From Deltaproteobacteria bacterium (lineage in GTDB: Bacteria; UBA10199; JADFYH01): a stretch of 64,000 nucleotides of DNA. The stretch spans positions 43,102 to 107,101 of the forward strand of contig JADFYH010000002.1 in the NCBI GenBank assembly GCA_015233135.1, read 5' to 3'. Shown piece after piece: positions 28,599 through 38,267 of this stretch (position 1 is its first letter; the number at the start of each line of letters is the position of its first letter). Below the pieces are notes generated by a model. It saw only the letters and a program-made list of their open reading frames with translations. It searched no databases and was not told the DNA's origin. Position numbers and translations under genes: made by a program.

Positions 28599-30986
28599 TC
28601 ATCTCCATTCCAAGGGTAAAAGGGCAAGCAGTTTTCTTACTGCTTTGTTGTGAATTTCATTCACTTCTTCATCGGTTAAGGTGCGTTCTTCATTTTGATA
28701 ATACAAATGATAAGTCAACGCTTTTTTTCCTTCGGGGATAGGCGCTTTGTCGAAATAAGACACCAGATTCGCTTCCTTTAAGTACTCTATTTTTATTTGA
28801 TCCATGGTTTCCAAAAGCTTGTCCGATCTTAATTCCAAAGGAGCCTGCAGGGTTAGATCGCGCCCAATCCCAGGAAAGCGGGAAAGCTTTTTAAAGCCCA
28901 CGGATGCTATTGGAAATCCCAGCATTTTTTCAAAATCCAGCTCGGCCAGAGATACGGCCTCATTCAAAGAAAATGCCTCCGCCACTTGAGGATGCAGCTC
29001 CCCAAACACTCCAAACATCTGTCCTTTTACAAACAATTCTGCGGATTTCCCAGGGTGAAAACTCCCACGCCTGCTTGTTTCTAGGGTGAAGGCCGGCAAA
29101 GCCAGAGAAGTCCAGAGGGCTTCAACAAATCCTTTCAGATCATAAAAATCCATTTTCTGTCGGCTTCCTCGCCAATGAGCTTCCCGCTTATTCCCCGACA
29201 CTAATAGGGCCAAAGAAAGTCTCTCTTCCACTTCTCCCTGACTATTTTTTTGATATATTTTACGAAGTTCAAAAAAACGAAGATCAGAATTTGAAAAAGA
29301 AAAATTCTTTTTTGCCGAAGCAAGCAGACTGGGAATCAAAGAAGGGCGCAGCGTAGAGAGTTCATCTGAAATTGGATTTTGCAGAGATAAAATATTGCTG
29401 CATTCAACAGCACTTTTTTGAATCTCCTGATGGGAAATAAAACTATAGTGGATCAGTTCGCTAAATCCCTGGGCGACCAGAAAATTTTTAGCGGCCGTCA
29501 GGCGAGGGGAGCTCATGTAATCTCTGCCCGCTTTGTAACCACTGACAGGCAAGGTTTCAGGAATTTTATCGTAGCCATAAAGACGCGCAATTTCTTCGAT
29601 CAAATCAACTTCACGTTCCAAATCTTGTCGATAGCTTGGAATTTCACATTCCCAAACTTGAGAAGAAATTTTACAGGGAGAAAATTCCAGGGCATTTAAA
29701 ATGGAAACGATACTTTCAGCAGGGATCTCCACTCCCAAAATTTTATCCAATCGCTCTTTGCGCAAACTTACTTTTCTAGATGCATAATTTTTGCTTCTTT
29801 TTTCAAGCGCCTGGGCAGAAGCTTTTCCCCCCGCCCAGGCCAAAATCAGTTCCACTAATCTTTCGGATGCAGCAGCCACGGACGCAGGATCTACCCCTCG
29901 CTCAAAGCGATAACTCGATTCGGAAGCAAGGCTCAAACGCTTAGAAGAACTGCGGAGGGTCGCTGGATCAAAATAGGCGGCTTCCAAAAGCAGATTTTTG
30001 CTTTGCTCACTCACCCCAGAATTTTGACCGCCCATGATTCCCGCAATGGCCAAGGGTTTCGAGCTGTCGCAAATGACCAAATCCTTTTGAGTCAACTCAG
30101 GAATTGACCCATCTAAGCTCGTTATTTTTCCTAAAGAAGGATTCCATTTTTGTACGCAGATTTTGCCCCCTTCAATTTTGTCCAAATCAAAGACATGCAG
30201 AGGCTGACCTCGTTCGATGAGGACATAGTTGCTCGCATCTACTATATTATTAATGGATCTTAGACCTACCCATTCGAGACGCTTCTGAACCCACAGGGGA
30301 GAGGCGGCAACCGTCACATCCAAGAGGACACGCCCAATATAAAGAGGACAGGTATCGTCTTTCAGTTCAATCTGGATGCGACTTTCACTGCTAAAATCAG
30401 CCACAGGAAATTTTGGATTATTTTTCTTTAAGGTCTTTCCCGTCAAGGCAGCAATTTCTCTGGCAATGCCTAAAATAGAAAGGCAATCGGCACGATTGGG
30501 AGTAACATTAATTTCAAACACTACATCCGAAAGGGGTAGTTGTTTCTTTAATGCAATTCCAGGCCTTAGATTTTGAGGGAGAATCAACAGACCCGAAGCA
30601 GTTTCCGCCAAACCCAGTTCGGTTTCCGAACACAACATCCCTGCACTCACGACCCCGCGAATCTTTCCGGCCTCAATTTTTTTACCATCAGGAAGGACAG
30701 TTCCCGGTAAGGCCAGAGGGACTAAGTCTCCCTCTTTCATATTCTTAGCGCCACACACAATCGTGCGAATTTCTTCCCCCAAACTCACTTCACACAAAGC
30801 AAGCCGATCGGCACCCGGATGTTTTTCAATTTTTAAAATTTTAACAACAACGACAGTTTCCGGAAAATTCCCTACTTCCTGAATCCCCTCTACTTCAAGG
30901 CCGGCATAGGTAAGCCGCGACGCTAAATCCTTGGCGCTCAGATCAATCTCGACAAATTCTTTTAGCCAGTTGAGGGTGACTTTCAT
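28599..30986 (-). CDS. pheT: Phenylalanine--tRNA ligase beta subunit.
   Basis: 795 aa. MKVTLNWLKEFVEIDLS N-terminus, B3/4 and FDX-ACB domains. Confidence 0.95.
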   Translation of the reverse strand: MKVTLNWLKEFVEIDLSAKDLASRLTYAGLEVEGIQEVGNFPETVVVVKILKIEKHPGADRLALCEVSLGEEIRTIVCGAKNMKEGDLVPLALPGTVLPDGKKIEAGKIRGVVSAGMLCSETELGLAETASGLLILPQNLRPGIALKKQLPLSDVVFEINVTPNRADCLSILGIAREIAALTGKTLKKNNPKFPVADFSSESRIQIELKDDTCPLYIGRVLLDVTVAASPLWVQKRLEWVGLRSINNIVDASNYVLIERGQPLHVFDLDKIEGGKICVQKWNPSLGKITSLDGSIPELTQKDLVICDSSKPLAIAGIMGGQNSGVSEQSKNLLLEAAYFDPATLRSSSKRLSLASESSYRFERGVDPASVAAASERLVELILAWAGGKASAQALEKRSKNYASRKVSLRKERLDKILGVEIPAESIVSILNALEFSPCKISSQVWECEIPSYRQDLEREVDLIEEIARLYGYDKIPETLPVSGYKAGRDYMSSPRLTAAKNFLVAQGFSELIHYSFISHQEIQKSAVECSNILSLQNPISDELSTLRPSLIPSLLASAKKNFSFSNSDLRFFELRKIYQKNSQGEVEERLSLALLVSGNKREAHWRGSRQKMDFYDLKGFVEALWTSLALPAFTLETSRRGSFHPGKSAELFVKGQMFGVFGELHPQVAEAFSLNEAVSLAELDFEKMLGFPIASVGFKKLSRFPGIGRDLTLQAPLELRSDKLLETMDQIKIEYLKEANLVSYFDKAPIPEGKKALTYHLYYQNEERTLTDEEVNEIHNKAVRKLLALLPLEWR

Positions 30987-31027
30987 AAGTTACTTCAAGG
31001 AAGCTCTCCCTCCCTTGAGGGGACTTT

Positions 31028-32107
31028 TCAAAATTGTTTCAAAAACCTCACATCGCTTTCAAAAAAAGCTCTCAGATCATCAATGCCAAATTTCAGCATG
31101 GCAATGCGTTCTACGCCCATTCCAAAGGCAAACCCGCTATATTTTTCACTGTCGTATTTCACATGAGAAAACACGACGGGATCCACCATGCCGCAACCTA
31201 AAATTTCAATCCAACCCGTGTTTTTACAAACTCGGCAACCGGAACCTTTACAAAGAACACAAGAAATATCCACTTCTGCGGAGGGTTCGGTGAAGGGGAA
31301 AAAACTGGGTCTGAATTGCAATTTCACCTCCTCGCCAAACATCTCTTTCAAGAAAAGTTTCAAGAGGCCTTTTAAATCGGAAAAATGAATCTGTTCATCC
31401 ACCACCAAACCCTCTACCTGGTGAAACATGGGCGTGTGCGACAAATCGGAATCACGGCGATAAACCACGCCGGGCGCTATCATACGGATGGGAGGCTGCG
31501 TTTTTTCCATCACCCGAATTTGAACCGGAGAAGTATGAGTACGCAAAAGCAAATTTGACGAAGCAGAATTTTCGGCTCCGCCAAAATTCTGCGCGGGGGT
31601 TTGCCCCAAATAAAACGTATCTTGCATGTCTCTTGCGGGATGATTGGGAGGAAGTCCCAAGGCCTCAAAATTATAAAAATCGTTTTCCACTTCGGGCCCG
31701 CCAAAAACATCAAAGCCCAGACGCATGAAAAAATCGGAGATCTGTTTCAGGATAATACTGACTGGATGAAAGCTGCCTTGAGCGATAGGAGTTCCCGGAA
31801 GACTGATGTCCAATTTTTCCTTTTCCAGACTCTCGGCCAAGGCCTGTTGTTTTTTAAACAACAAGAGCAGCCCAATTTTTTCCTCCAAGGCCTTCTTGAA
31901 TTCATTACTCGCCTGTCCAATTTGAGGCCGTAGAGCAGGATCCAGCAGTCCCACATCCTTGAGCAAATTGGTAAGCAGTCCCTTTTTGCCCAAATATTTT
32001 ACCTTGAGGGAAAGGATTTCTTCTTCCGAATTCAAGGGAAGAAGTTCGGCAAAGGCAGATTGTTTGAGGTCAGAAATTTTTTGTAGCATGGAGGCACAAA
32101 AAAACAA
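31028..32107 (-). CDS. pheS: Phenylalanine--tRNA ligase alpha subunit.
   Basis: 359 aa. Class II aaRS motifs (FRPSFFPFTEPS, GFAFGMGVERIAM). Confidence 0.95.
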   Translation of the reverse strand: MFFCASMLQKISDLKQSAFAELLPLNSEEEILSLKVKYLGKKGLLTNLLKDVGLLDPALRPQIGQASNEFKKALEEKIGLLLLFKKQQALAESLEKEKLDISLPGTPIAQGSFHPVSIILKQISDFFMRLGFDVFGGPEVENDFYNFEALGLPPNHPARDMQDTFYLGQTPAQNFGGAENSASSNLLLRTHTSPVQIRVMEKTQPPIRMIAPGVVYRRDSDLSHTPMFHQVEGLVVDEQIHFSDLKGLLKLFLKEMFGEEVKLQFRPSFFPFTEPSAEVDISCVLCKGSGCRVCKNTGWIEILGCGMVDPVVFSHVKYDSEKYSGFAFGMGVERIAMLKFGIDDLRAFFESDVRFLKQF

Positions 32108-32112
32108 AGAAG

Positions 32113-32155
32113 GGCAGCTTCTGAAAAGAGGCTACCCTTAATTCAATTTAATCTT
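32113..32155 (-). terminator. Hairpin plus T-run between rplT and pheS (attenuator/terminator-like), immediately upstream of the pheS SD.
   Basis: Minus strand: aagggtagcctcttttcagaagctgcccttctttgttttttt, then gtgcctccATG. Confidence 0.4.
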
Positions 32156-32160
32156 TAACA

Positions 32161-32517
32161 TTAAGCCAAAGCTGCCTTGACTCTCTCAATCAATTTACCA
32201 AATCCCAAGGCATCTTGAATGGCAATATCGGAAAGCACTTTACGATCGAGTAGAATGCTGGCCTTCTTTAATCCATTGATGAATTTGGAATAGCTGAGTC
32301 CCGCTTCTCGAACTGCCGCGTTAATACGCATAATCCAAATCGCACGAAAATCACGTTTTTTGAGACGGCGATCTTTGTAGGCATATTGCAAACCTTTATC
32401 GACCGCCTCCTGTGCCGTTCTAAACAACTTCGAACGTCCTCCACGATATCCACTAGCCTGTTTTAATACTTTTTTTCTTCTTCTTCTGGCTTTAAAGCCC
32501 CGCTTAGCCCTTGGCAT
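32161..32517 (-). CDS. rplT: 50S ribosomal protein L20.
   Basis: [19 protein letters not shown]... Confidence 0.95.
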   Translation of the reverse strand: MPRAKRGFKARRRRKKVLKQASGYRGGRSKLFRTAQEAVDKGLQYAYKDRRLKKRDFRAIWIMRINAAVREAGLSYSKFINGLKKASILLDRKVLSDIAIQDALGFGKLIERVKAALA

Positions 32518-32529
32518 AAAGATCCTTTC

Positions 32530-32730
32530 TTAATTTCCGTAAGGAAGTAAATCACGAATACGATTTTGATCGGCCTTCGCAAGTACCGTTGTACCCTTCG
32601 CCTGACGTTTTCGCTTTTTTGGTTTACTGGTTAAGATATGGCGTTTATTGGCTCTGCCAATCAAAACCTTACCCGTTTTGGTAATTTTAATTCTCTTCTT
32701 GGTTCCTTTTTTTGATTTTAACTTAGGCAT
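32530..32730 (-). CDS. rpmI: 50S ribosomal protein L35.
   Basis: MPKLKSKKGTKKRIKITKTGKV... Confidence 0.9.
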   Translation of the reverse strand: MPKLKSKKGTKKRIKITKTGKVLIGRANKRHILTSKPKKRKRQAKGTTVLAKADQNRIRDLLPYGN

Positions 32731-33253
32731 GTTCCTTTTTCCCCTTTGGTGAAACGATCATGAACATATTTCTCCCCTCCATTTTGGGAGGGCTTTCCAC
32801 TTGCACATGATCTTGAATCACAGCAAGCACACGTTTGAGCATTTCCCTACCTTTATCGGTATAGGCCATCTCTCTTCCACGAAAAGTCACTGTTACTTTG
32901 GCTTTGTCTCCCTCTTCGATAAAACGCAACACATGTTTCACTTTAAAATCGAAATCATGCTGATCGGTTGCCGGTCTCAGCTTAACCTCTTTGACATGAA
33001 TGACCGTCTGATGCTTCTTGGCTTCCTGAATTTTCTTGGCTTGCTGATATTTATATTTACCGTAATCGATGATCTTACAAACCGGAGGATTCGAATTCGG
33101 CGACACCTCAACCAGATCCAATCCTTCATTCTCGGCAAGTTTCAAGGCCTCTGGAGTAATAAAAACCCCCAACTGAGATCCATCTGAACCAATTAAACGA
33201 ACCTGAGGGGCACGAATACGGCGATTCACATTCACACGAGCTTCTTTTGAAAT
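32723..33253 (-). CDS. infC: Translation initiation factor IF-3, with predicted AUU start codon.
   Basis: ISKEARVNVNRRIRAPQVRLIG matches the IF3 N-terminus. The codon at 33251-33253 is ATT, preceded by AGGAGGTG at 6-7 nt. The ORF-track upstream extension is a translated REP element. Confidence 0.85.
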   Translation of the reverse strand: MSKEARVNVNRRIRAPQVRLIGSDGSQLGVFITPEALKLAENEGLDLVEVSPNSNPPVCKIIDYGKYKYQQAKKIQEAKKHQTVIHVKEVKLRPATDQHDFDFKVKHVLRFIEEGDKAKVTVTFRGREMAYTDKGREMLKRVLAVIQDHVQVESPPKMEGRNMFMIVSPKGKKEHA

Positions 33254-33282
33254 ACAACACCTCCTGTTAGAATTTGCTGTTA

Positions 33283-33390
33283 GTCCCCTCCCCCCTGGAG
33301 GGGGAGGGTTAGGGAGAGGGGGACATCTAACGTACACTCGAGATCACCCTCTCCCTGGCCCTCTCCCCTCAAGGGAGAGGGGAAAGAGCG
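33283..33390. repeat. Cluster of REP-like GC-rich palindromes between thrS and infC.
   Basis: tcccctcccccctggagggggaggg ; ccctctccctggccctctcccctcaagggagagggg. Confidence 0.6.
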
Positions 33391-33391
33391 A

Positions 33392-35155
33392 TCACTGTTT
33401 TAATTCCATCTGCTGACTTAACTCAAGCAAAAACTGCTCCAAATCCATCTGCCCCAAATCTCCCTTCACGCGAGATCTCACACTCAAGCGCTCCGCCTCT
33501 ACTTCTTTGGCGCCCATCACAACCATATAGGGAATCTTCTGCATTTGCGATTCTCGAATCTTCAGACCTAATTTTTCAGATCGGGCATCCACCTCTACAC
33601 GATAGCCTTTTTCCAAAAGTCTTTCTTTCACTTTTTCCGCATAAGCCACTTGATCGGCCGCAATGGGAATGAGATTCACTTGCACCGGTGCCAACCAGAG
33701 TGGAAATGCCCCTGCATATTGTTCGATTAAAATCCCGAAAAATCTCTCCAAAGAACCCATCAAGGCCCGATGAATCATAATCGGCTGATGCCTGTTTCCA
33801 TCTTCACCCACATATTCAATTTTAAAACGATCGGGTAAATTAAAATCCACTTGAACCGTAGAACACTGCCACATACGCCCCAAAACATCTTTTACCTTCA
33901 CATCGATTTTAGGCCCGTAAAAAACACCTTCGCCGGGGTCCACTTCGTACTTGAAACCCTTTTTCTCCAAGGCAGAGCGAAGCGATTCCGTGGCAATCTT
34001 CCAGTTTTCATCAGTGCCTACGTATTTATCAGGTTGGGTAGAAAGGAAGACCTCATACTCTTTAAACCCAAAGGTCTTCATAAAATAAACCACTAGGTCC
34101 AAAACATCGGAGACTTCTTTTTCAATCTGACTGGGGGTACAAAAAATATGGGCATCGTCTTGAGTAAAACCGCGCACCCGCATCAATCCGTGCAGAGTTC
34201 CACTGCGCTCAAAACGATAGACCGTACCCAGTTCTGCCATGCGTATGGGTAAATTTCGGTAGCTGTGGATGCGCGACTGAAAAATCATGATATGAAAAGG
34301 ACAATTCATCGGCTTGATTTCATAGTCTTGTCCTTCCACCTCCATGGGCGAGTACATACTGTCTTTGTAAAAATCCACATGCCCGCTGGTGCGCCATACA
34401 TCTAGCTTTGCCATGTGAGGTGTAAATACCAACTCATAGCCGCGTTGACGGTGTGTTGCACGCCAGAAATCTTCAATCACCCCGCGAATGCGCGCCCCTT
34501 TGGGATGCCACAAAATGAGACCTGGCCCCCGTTCTTCCAAAGTAGAAAATAAATCTAAAGCCACGCCTAACTTACGATGATCGCGCGCCTCCGCCTCTCG
34601 AAGCTTCTCCAGATAGGCTTCCAGATCTTCTTTCGTCGTAAAGGCCGTTCCGTAAATACGCTGTAGACGTGCATTTTTTTCATCCCCGCGCCAATAAGAT
34701 CCCGAGCTTGTTAAAAGCTTAAAGGCCTTGAGTTCACTCGTTTTGCTGATGTGGGGGCCTCGGCATAAATCCACAAATTCACCATGCCGAAACAAGGAAA
34801 TTTTTTCTTGAAGATCAAGACCTTCAATAATCTCCACCTTGTAATTCTCACCCATCTTCTGAAACAAGGCGATGGCCTCCTCGCGGCTCACTTCTTCTTT
34901 GGTAAACGATAAATTCGCATCCGCAATTTTTTGCATTTCTTTTTCGATGAGTTCCAGATCTTCGGTGGAAAAAGGCTTGGGAGAATCGAAATCGTAATAA
35001 AATCCGTTTTCGATGGTGGGGCCAATCGTAACTTTCACACCCTTAAAAAGCCGCTGCACCGCATCTGCCATAATGTGGGCGGCCGAATGGCGTAAAATTT
35101 CATTTGAATCGTTTTCTTTTCCTTCTCTGCATACCATAAAATCAATTTGCTCCAA
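33392..35155 (-). CDS. thrS: Threonine--tRNA ligase (587 aa form; no N-terminal TGS domain evident).
   Basis: RHSAAHIMADAV editing-domain start. Class II catalytic core (FRHGEF, GPHIS). Anticodon-binding C-terminus. Confidence 0.9.
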   Translation of the reverse strand: MEQIDFMVCREGKENDSNEILRHSAAHIMADAVQRLFKGVKVTIGPTIENGFYYDFDSPKPFSTEDLELIEKEMQKIADANLSFTKEEVSREEAIALFQKMGENYKVEIIEGLDLQEKISLFRHGEFVDLCRGPHISKTSELKAFKLLTSSGSYWRGDEKNARLQRIYGTAFTTKEDLEAYLEKLREAEARDHRKLGVALDLFSTLEERGPGLILWHPKGARIRGVIEDFWRATHRQRGYELVFTPHMAKLDVWRTSGHVDFYKDSMYSPMEVEGQDYEIKPMNCPFHIMIFQSRIHSYRNLPIRMAELGTVYRFERSGTLHGLMRVRGFTQDDAHIFCTPSQIEKEVSDVLDLVVYFMKTFGFKEYEVFLSTQPDKYVGTDENWKIATESLRSALEKKGFKYEVDPGEGVFYGPKIDVKVKDVLGRMWQCSTVQVDFNLPDRFKIEYVGEDGNRHQPIMIHRALMGSLERFFGILIEQYAGAFPLWLAPVQVNLIPIAADQVAYAEKVKERLLEKGYRVEVDARSEKLGLKIRESQMQKIPYMVVMGAKEVEAERLSVRSRVKGDLGQMDLEQFLLELSQQMELKQ

Positions 35156-35165
35156 TTTGGGGGTA

Positions 35166-35193
35166 GTCAGGGGGAGAGGGTCTCCCCCTGACT
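35166..35193. repeat. REP-like palindrome (agtcagggggagagggtctccccctgact) between tRNA-Val and the thrS start.
   Basis: Perfect 11-bp arms. Confidence 0.5.
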
Positions 35194-35229
35194 AGAGCTT
35201 TGCATCTGGCTTTGCCAGTGCAAAGCGGA

Positions 35230-35303
35230 TAGGCACGAGCGGGATCGAACCGCTGACCTCATCCATGTCAAGGATGCGCTCTAACCAGCTGAGCTACGCG
35301 CCT
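35230..35303 (-). tRNA. tRNA-Val (anticodon GAC).
   Basis: AGGCGCG-TA-GCTCAGCTGGTTAGAGC-G-CATCC-TTGACAT-GGATG-AGGTC-AGCGGTTCGATCCCGCT-CGTGCCT-A. Confidence 0.85.
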
Positions 35304-35319
35304 AAGATAAACTTTATCC

Positions 35320-35420
35320 CTATTCTCCTCCTCTTAAGCTAAGAGGAGGTCGGGAGGAGTTATGTCAATTGCATCCAATTGCTACAACTCCCCCCGCCCC
35401 CTCTTAATGTAAGAGGGGGT
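35320..35420. repeat. Nested palindromic repeat element related to the 16597-16836 MITE (cctcttaagctaagaggagg ... ccccctcttaatgtaagaggggg).
   Basis: Shares the cttaagctaag palindromic core with the 16672/16768 copies. Confidence 0.5.
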
Positions 35421-35466
35421 GTACTCGGTACTTGAAGATCTATGCATAGGTCAAGCCAAATTTAAG

Positions 35467-36444
35467 CTAACCCACAGAAATCTGTATCTTTTTTTCTAAT
35501 TCCATTAAATTTTCAAAAGGATTCTTGGCTCCCTGCTCGACTTCGCTTTTCAACTGGGCCAGGCCTGAATCTTCTTTTAAAATTTTCTGCAGGCGATGAT
35601 GAAGAAGCTCACGCAACCCCTCTTCCCATTCTAACAATCTAATTTTTTGAAGTTTCTGTTGGAACAAGGGACTTTGAATCACCTGCTGATAATGCTCGTC
35701 TATCTGTTGACGGAGTTCGCTTATCCCTATGTTTTTCAATGCCTGAATTTGTAAAACAGGAATCTTCCAACCCTGCACCTTGGGTTTCGTGGAGGAACCC
35801 ATTTCAATCATACTGAGTAGTTCCTGATAAATCTTATGGGCCCCGTCCCGATCCGATTTATTGATGGCGAACACATCCGCCGCTTCGAGCAGGCCGGCCT
35901 TCAGGGTCTGAATCGTGTCTCCCGATTCGGGGGTTAAAACCACCACCGTCGTATGGGCCACTTCCAACACATCCATCTCGGTTTGCCCCACCCCCACCGT
36001 CTCCACAATCACCACCTCATAACCAAAGGCATCCATCAAACGCACAATATTGCGCGTCGCCCGAGACAAACCTCCCAGAGCCCCGCGAGACCCCAGACTG
36101 CGAATGAACACCCCTTCGTCTTCCGCATGGTCCATCATCCGCACTCGATCCCCCAGCAAAGCCCCGCCGGTAAAAGGACTGGAAGGATCCACCGCCACCA
36201 CCCCCACTTTTTTCCCCAAGGCCCGATAATGCGCAATCATCTGATCCACCAAGGTCGACTTCCCTGCCCCAGGAGGCCCCGTAATCCCAATCACTTCCGC
36301 CCTGCCTAAAAATTGATGAATGCTGGCTAAAATTGCCGAAACCTGCTCAGGTCTATTTTCAATATAACTCATGAGTCGCGACAAGGCTACTCGGTCACCG
36401 GAAAGCTTTTTTTGAATAAGATTTTGCATAGGAAATTCCGTCAT
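35467..36444 (-). CDS. meaB: Methylmalonyl-CoA mutase-associated GTPase MeaB/ArgK family.
   Basis: Walker A GITGPPGAGKSTL. VIVETVGVGQ. 325 aa. Confidence 0.8.
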   Translation of the reverse strand: MTEFPMQNLIQKKLSGDRVALSRLMSYIENRPEQVSAILASIHQFLGRAEVIGITGPPGAGKSTLVDQMIAHYRALGKKVGVVAVDPSSPFTGGALLGDRVRMMDHAEDEGVFIRSLGSRGALGGLSRATRNIVRLMDAFGYEVVIVETVGVGQTEMDVLEVAHTTVVVLTPESGDTIQTLKAGLLEAADVFAINKSDRDGAHKIYQELLSMIEMGSSTKPKVQGWKIPVLQIQALKNIGISELRQQIDEHYQQVIQSPLFQQKLQKIRLLEWEEGLRELLHHRLQKILKEDSGLAQLKSEVEQGAKNPFENLMELEKKIQISVG

Positions 36445-36450
36445 TCGAAA

Positions 36451-37446
36451 TCATTTGTTTTTATTTTTTTGCACACTCATTGATTTCCAATGAAGCAAGG
36501 GATGAGTTTGTATCAACTGAATCAGCGTTTGATTCTCTGTTAATAACTCAGGCCGAATTTCTCCGTGGTCAAGTATTGCATTTAGAAATTCGATTTCCAG
36601 TTCAGTGAGAGGCAATACAATCTCGAGTTTTGTTCGACATTCTTTAATTAGGCGTTCTATCCAGGAATTTACTTCTTCTTTCGGCAAAAAACCGTTTCTG
36701 AGAACGGGGATGAGCTGATTTTTAAGTTCATGTACGTTGTAGTCGAGATCATCGGTAGAAATTTTTCTCCAATCGCGTCGGTTCATAGCGCCATATAAAA
36801 CAAAACCCAAACGAAGTTTATCCCTTTGAAGATTGCCTTGGGTAAGAAGCAAATGAGCATCAAAGAGATCACGACTTGCTTGACGTGCAAGTAAGGCGGC
36901 AAGCTTACCTGCCGCCAGCTCATGTAAATCAAGCACCGGGATTTTCTTGCTTGAATAAGAACAGACTCGTTTGGATTCCAGTAAAAGAGGAGACCACAAG
37001 GGAACGCGAAATACAAAATTGAGATCTACTTCTATATTACCACCCTCTCCCAACGAACTGTCGTATTGCAATCGCCATTTTCCACCTGCATGCTCAGTGG
37101 GTTGTCGGGTAACACGCATCCCCTCGCGGGAACAAACTGCTTGCACTGCCTGTTCGATCTTAGGGCGTTCAGCAAGCATTACTTCGCGACTGGAGCCTCC
37201 AATATAATTCAGATCAATATCCACAGACAAACGAGGTAAGTCGAAGAAAAAAAGATTGAGTGCGGTTCCACCCTTGAGAACAAAGCGATTTTTAAGAAAA
37301 GGATGACTTTGAAAGCCATCGAGAAGATTCAGCAAATGGATGACCTTTTCCAAAATTTCAGGTCTAAATCCTGTGGCTTGAGATTCAGTAATCAATTTTT
37401 CTTTAGAGATTTTTATAGGATTCCTCCTCCCAACTGCGCTCGACAA
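36451..37446 (-). CDS. abiEii: AbiEii/AbiGii-family nucleotidyltransferase toxin (DUF1814).
   Basis: FVLKGGTALNLFFFDLPRLSVDIDLNY is the NTase motif of the AbiEii family. Confidence 0.8.
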   Translation of the reverse strand: MSSAVGRRNPIKISKEKLITESQATGFRPEILEKVIHLLNLLDGFQSHPFLKNRFVLKGGTALNLFFFDLPRLSVDIDLNYIGGSSREVMLAERPKIEQAVQAVCSREGMRVTRQPTEHAGGKWRLQYDSSLGEGGNIEVDLNFVFRVPLWSPLLLESKRVCSYSSKKIPVLDLHELAAGKLAALLARQASRDLFDAHLLLTQGNLQRDKLRLGFVLYGAMNRRDWRKISTDDLDYNVHELKNQLIPVLRNGFLPKEEVNSWIERLIKECRTKLEIVLPLTELEIEFLNAILDHGEIRPELLTENQTLIQLIQTHPLLHWKSMSVQKNKNK

Positions 37447-38221
37447 GACTCAGTGGAACTATGAGATTCCATTTACTGATCAGTTTACTTTTTTTGTTTC
37501 GTTTCAGATAGGTTGGCTGCTTTGGACAAAATTTTTGAAGCCTTCGCAAGTATTTATCCTCTACCATCAATGTTTCCCGATGTTGTTCCAGAAAGTATCC
37601 CACCTTGGCAATAGTTGTAGCGTTGCCTAGTAGCAATGCATATTCAATTACCAATTCGAGATCAAAATATTCTACAGATTCTAAGGAACGCCAGATTTCT
37701 TCCCAGCCACCCCCCAGCTGAGGTCGATCGAGCACATCCACAAGCGTTCGCTCGAGACTTGTCACATGAATTTCAAGCCCCAAGCGTTCTTCTGTCTTTA
37801 CGCCAAATAATTCTTTATTCTTTTTAACTAAACTTTTTGGAAATGAAAGCCCTACAAAATGACAGCCACGAAATACAGTAGGGTGCACAATCTTACTTGT
37901 TTGATAGTAATAATGATTGAAAACCGAATAAGCCTTGGCATAAAATTCCAAGGCCGTGTGATACGCAAGCACTGCGTCTTCTTTCATCTTAGCCGTTAGC
38001 AGGTAGGGATCAACCGAGTAATTTTTTGGATCTGCTCCCAAAGGCACACTGGCATACAGACCTCGGCGTATAGATAAAATGTGCCCTTGCTTACAATGAT
38101 GTGCAAGCAAGGCCTTTCGCGTCCATCCGCTAGTCACCCCATTCTGCTGCTGCCAAGTAGCAAATTCAGTGCTAGTAAAAACAGGATGCTTCTCTAAAAA
38201 ATTCGTGACCTTCATAAACAA
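37403..38221 (-). CDS. abiEi: AbiEi-family antitoxin / transcriptional regulator (type IV TA).
   Basis: N-terminal wHTH region. Same-strand overlap with abiEii in the canonical order. Likely TTG/ATG start near 38213-38221. Confidence 0.7.
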   Translation of the reverse strand: MFMKVTNFLEKHPVFTSTEFATWQQQNGVTSGWTRKALLAHHCKQGHILSIRRGLYASVPLGADPKNYSVDPYLLTAKMKEDAVLAYHTALEFYAKAYSVFNHYYYQTSKIVHPTVFRGCHFVGLSFPKSLVKKNKELFGVKTEERLGLEIHVTSLERTLVDVLDRPQLGGGWEEIWRSLESVEYFDLELVIEYALLLGNATTIAKVGYFLEQHRETLMVEDKYLRRLQKFCPKQPTYLKRNKKSKLISKWNLIVPLSLVERSWEEESYKNL

Positions 38222-38238
38222 TACCTGATATTAAGTGT

Positions 38239-38267
38239 CAATAGGGCTAATTTAATTAGCCCTATTG
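38239..38267. promoter_or_regulatory. Perfect 29-bp palindrome (caatagggctaat-tta-attagccctattg) about 20 bp upstream of abiEi. Candidate autoregulatory operator.
   Basis: Seen directly. AbiEi antitoxins are known to bind inverted repeats in their own promoter. Confidence 0.55.

Noticed and set aside
33254-33337. ORF-track N-terminal extensions (infC MYVRCPPLPNPPPPGG, surE to 27652, apt to 25559, nlpD to 26317, ihfA to 28608, rpoZ to 22520, ihfB to 42323).
   Set aside because: These extensions run through REP elements, tRNA sequence or the upstream gene. Internal starts match conserved protein N-termini and SDs.
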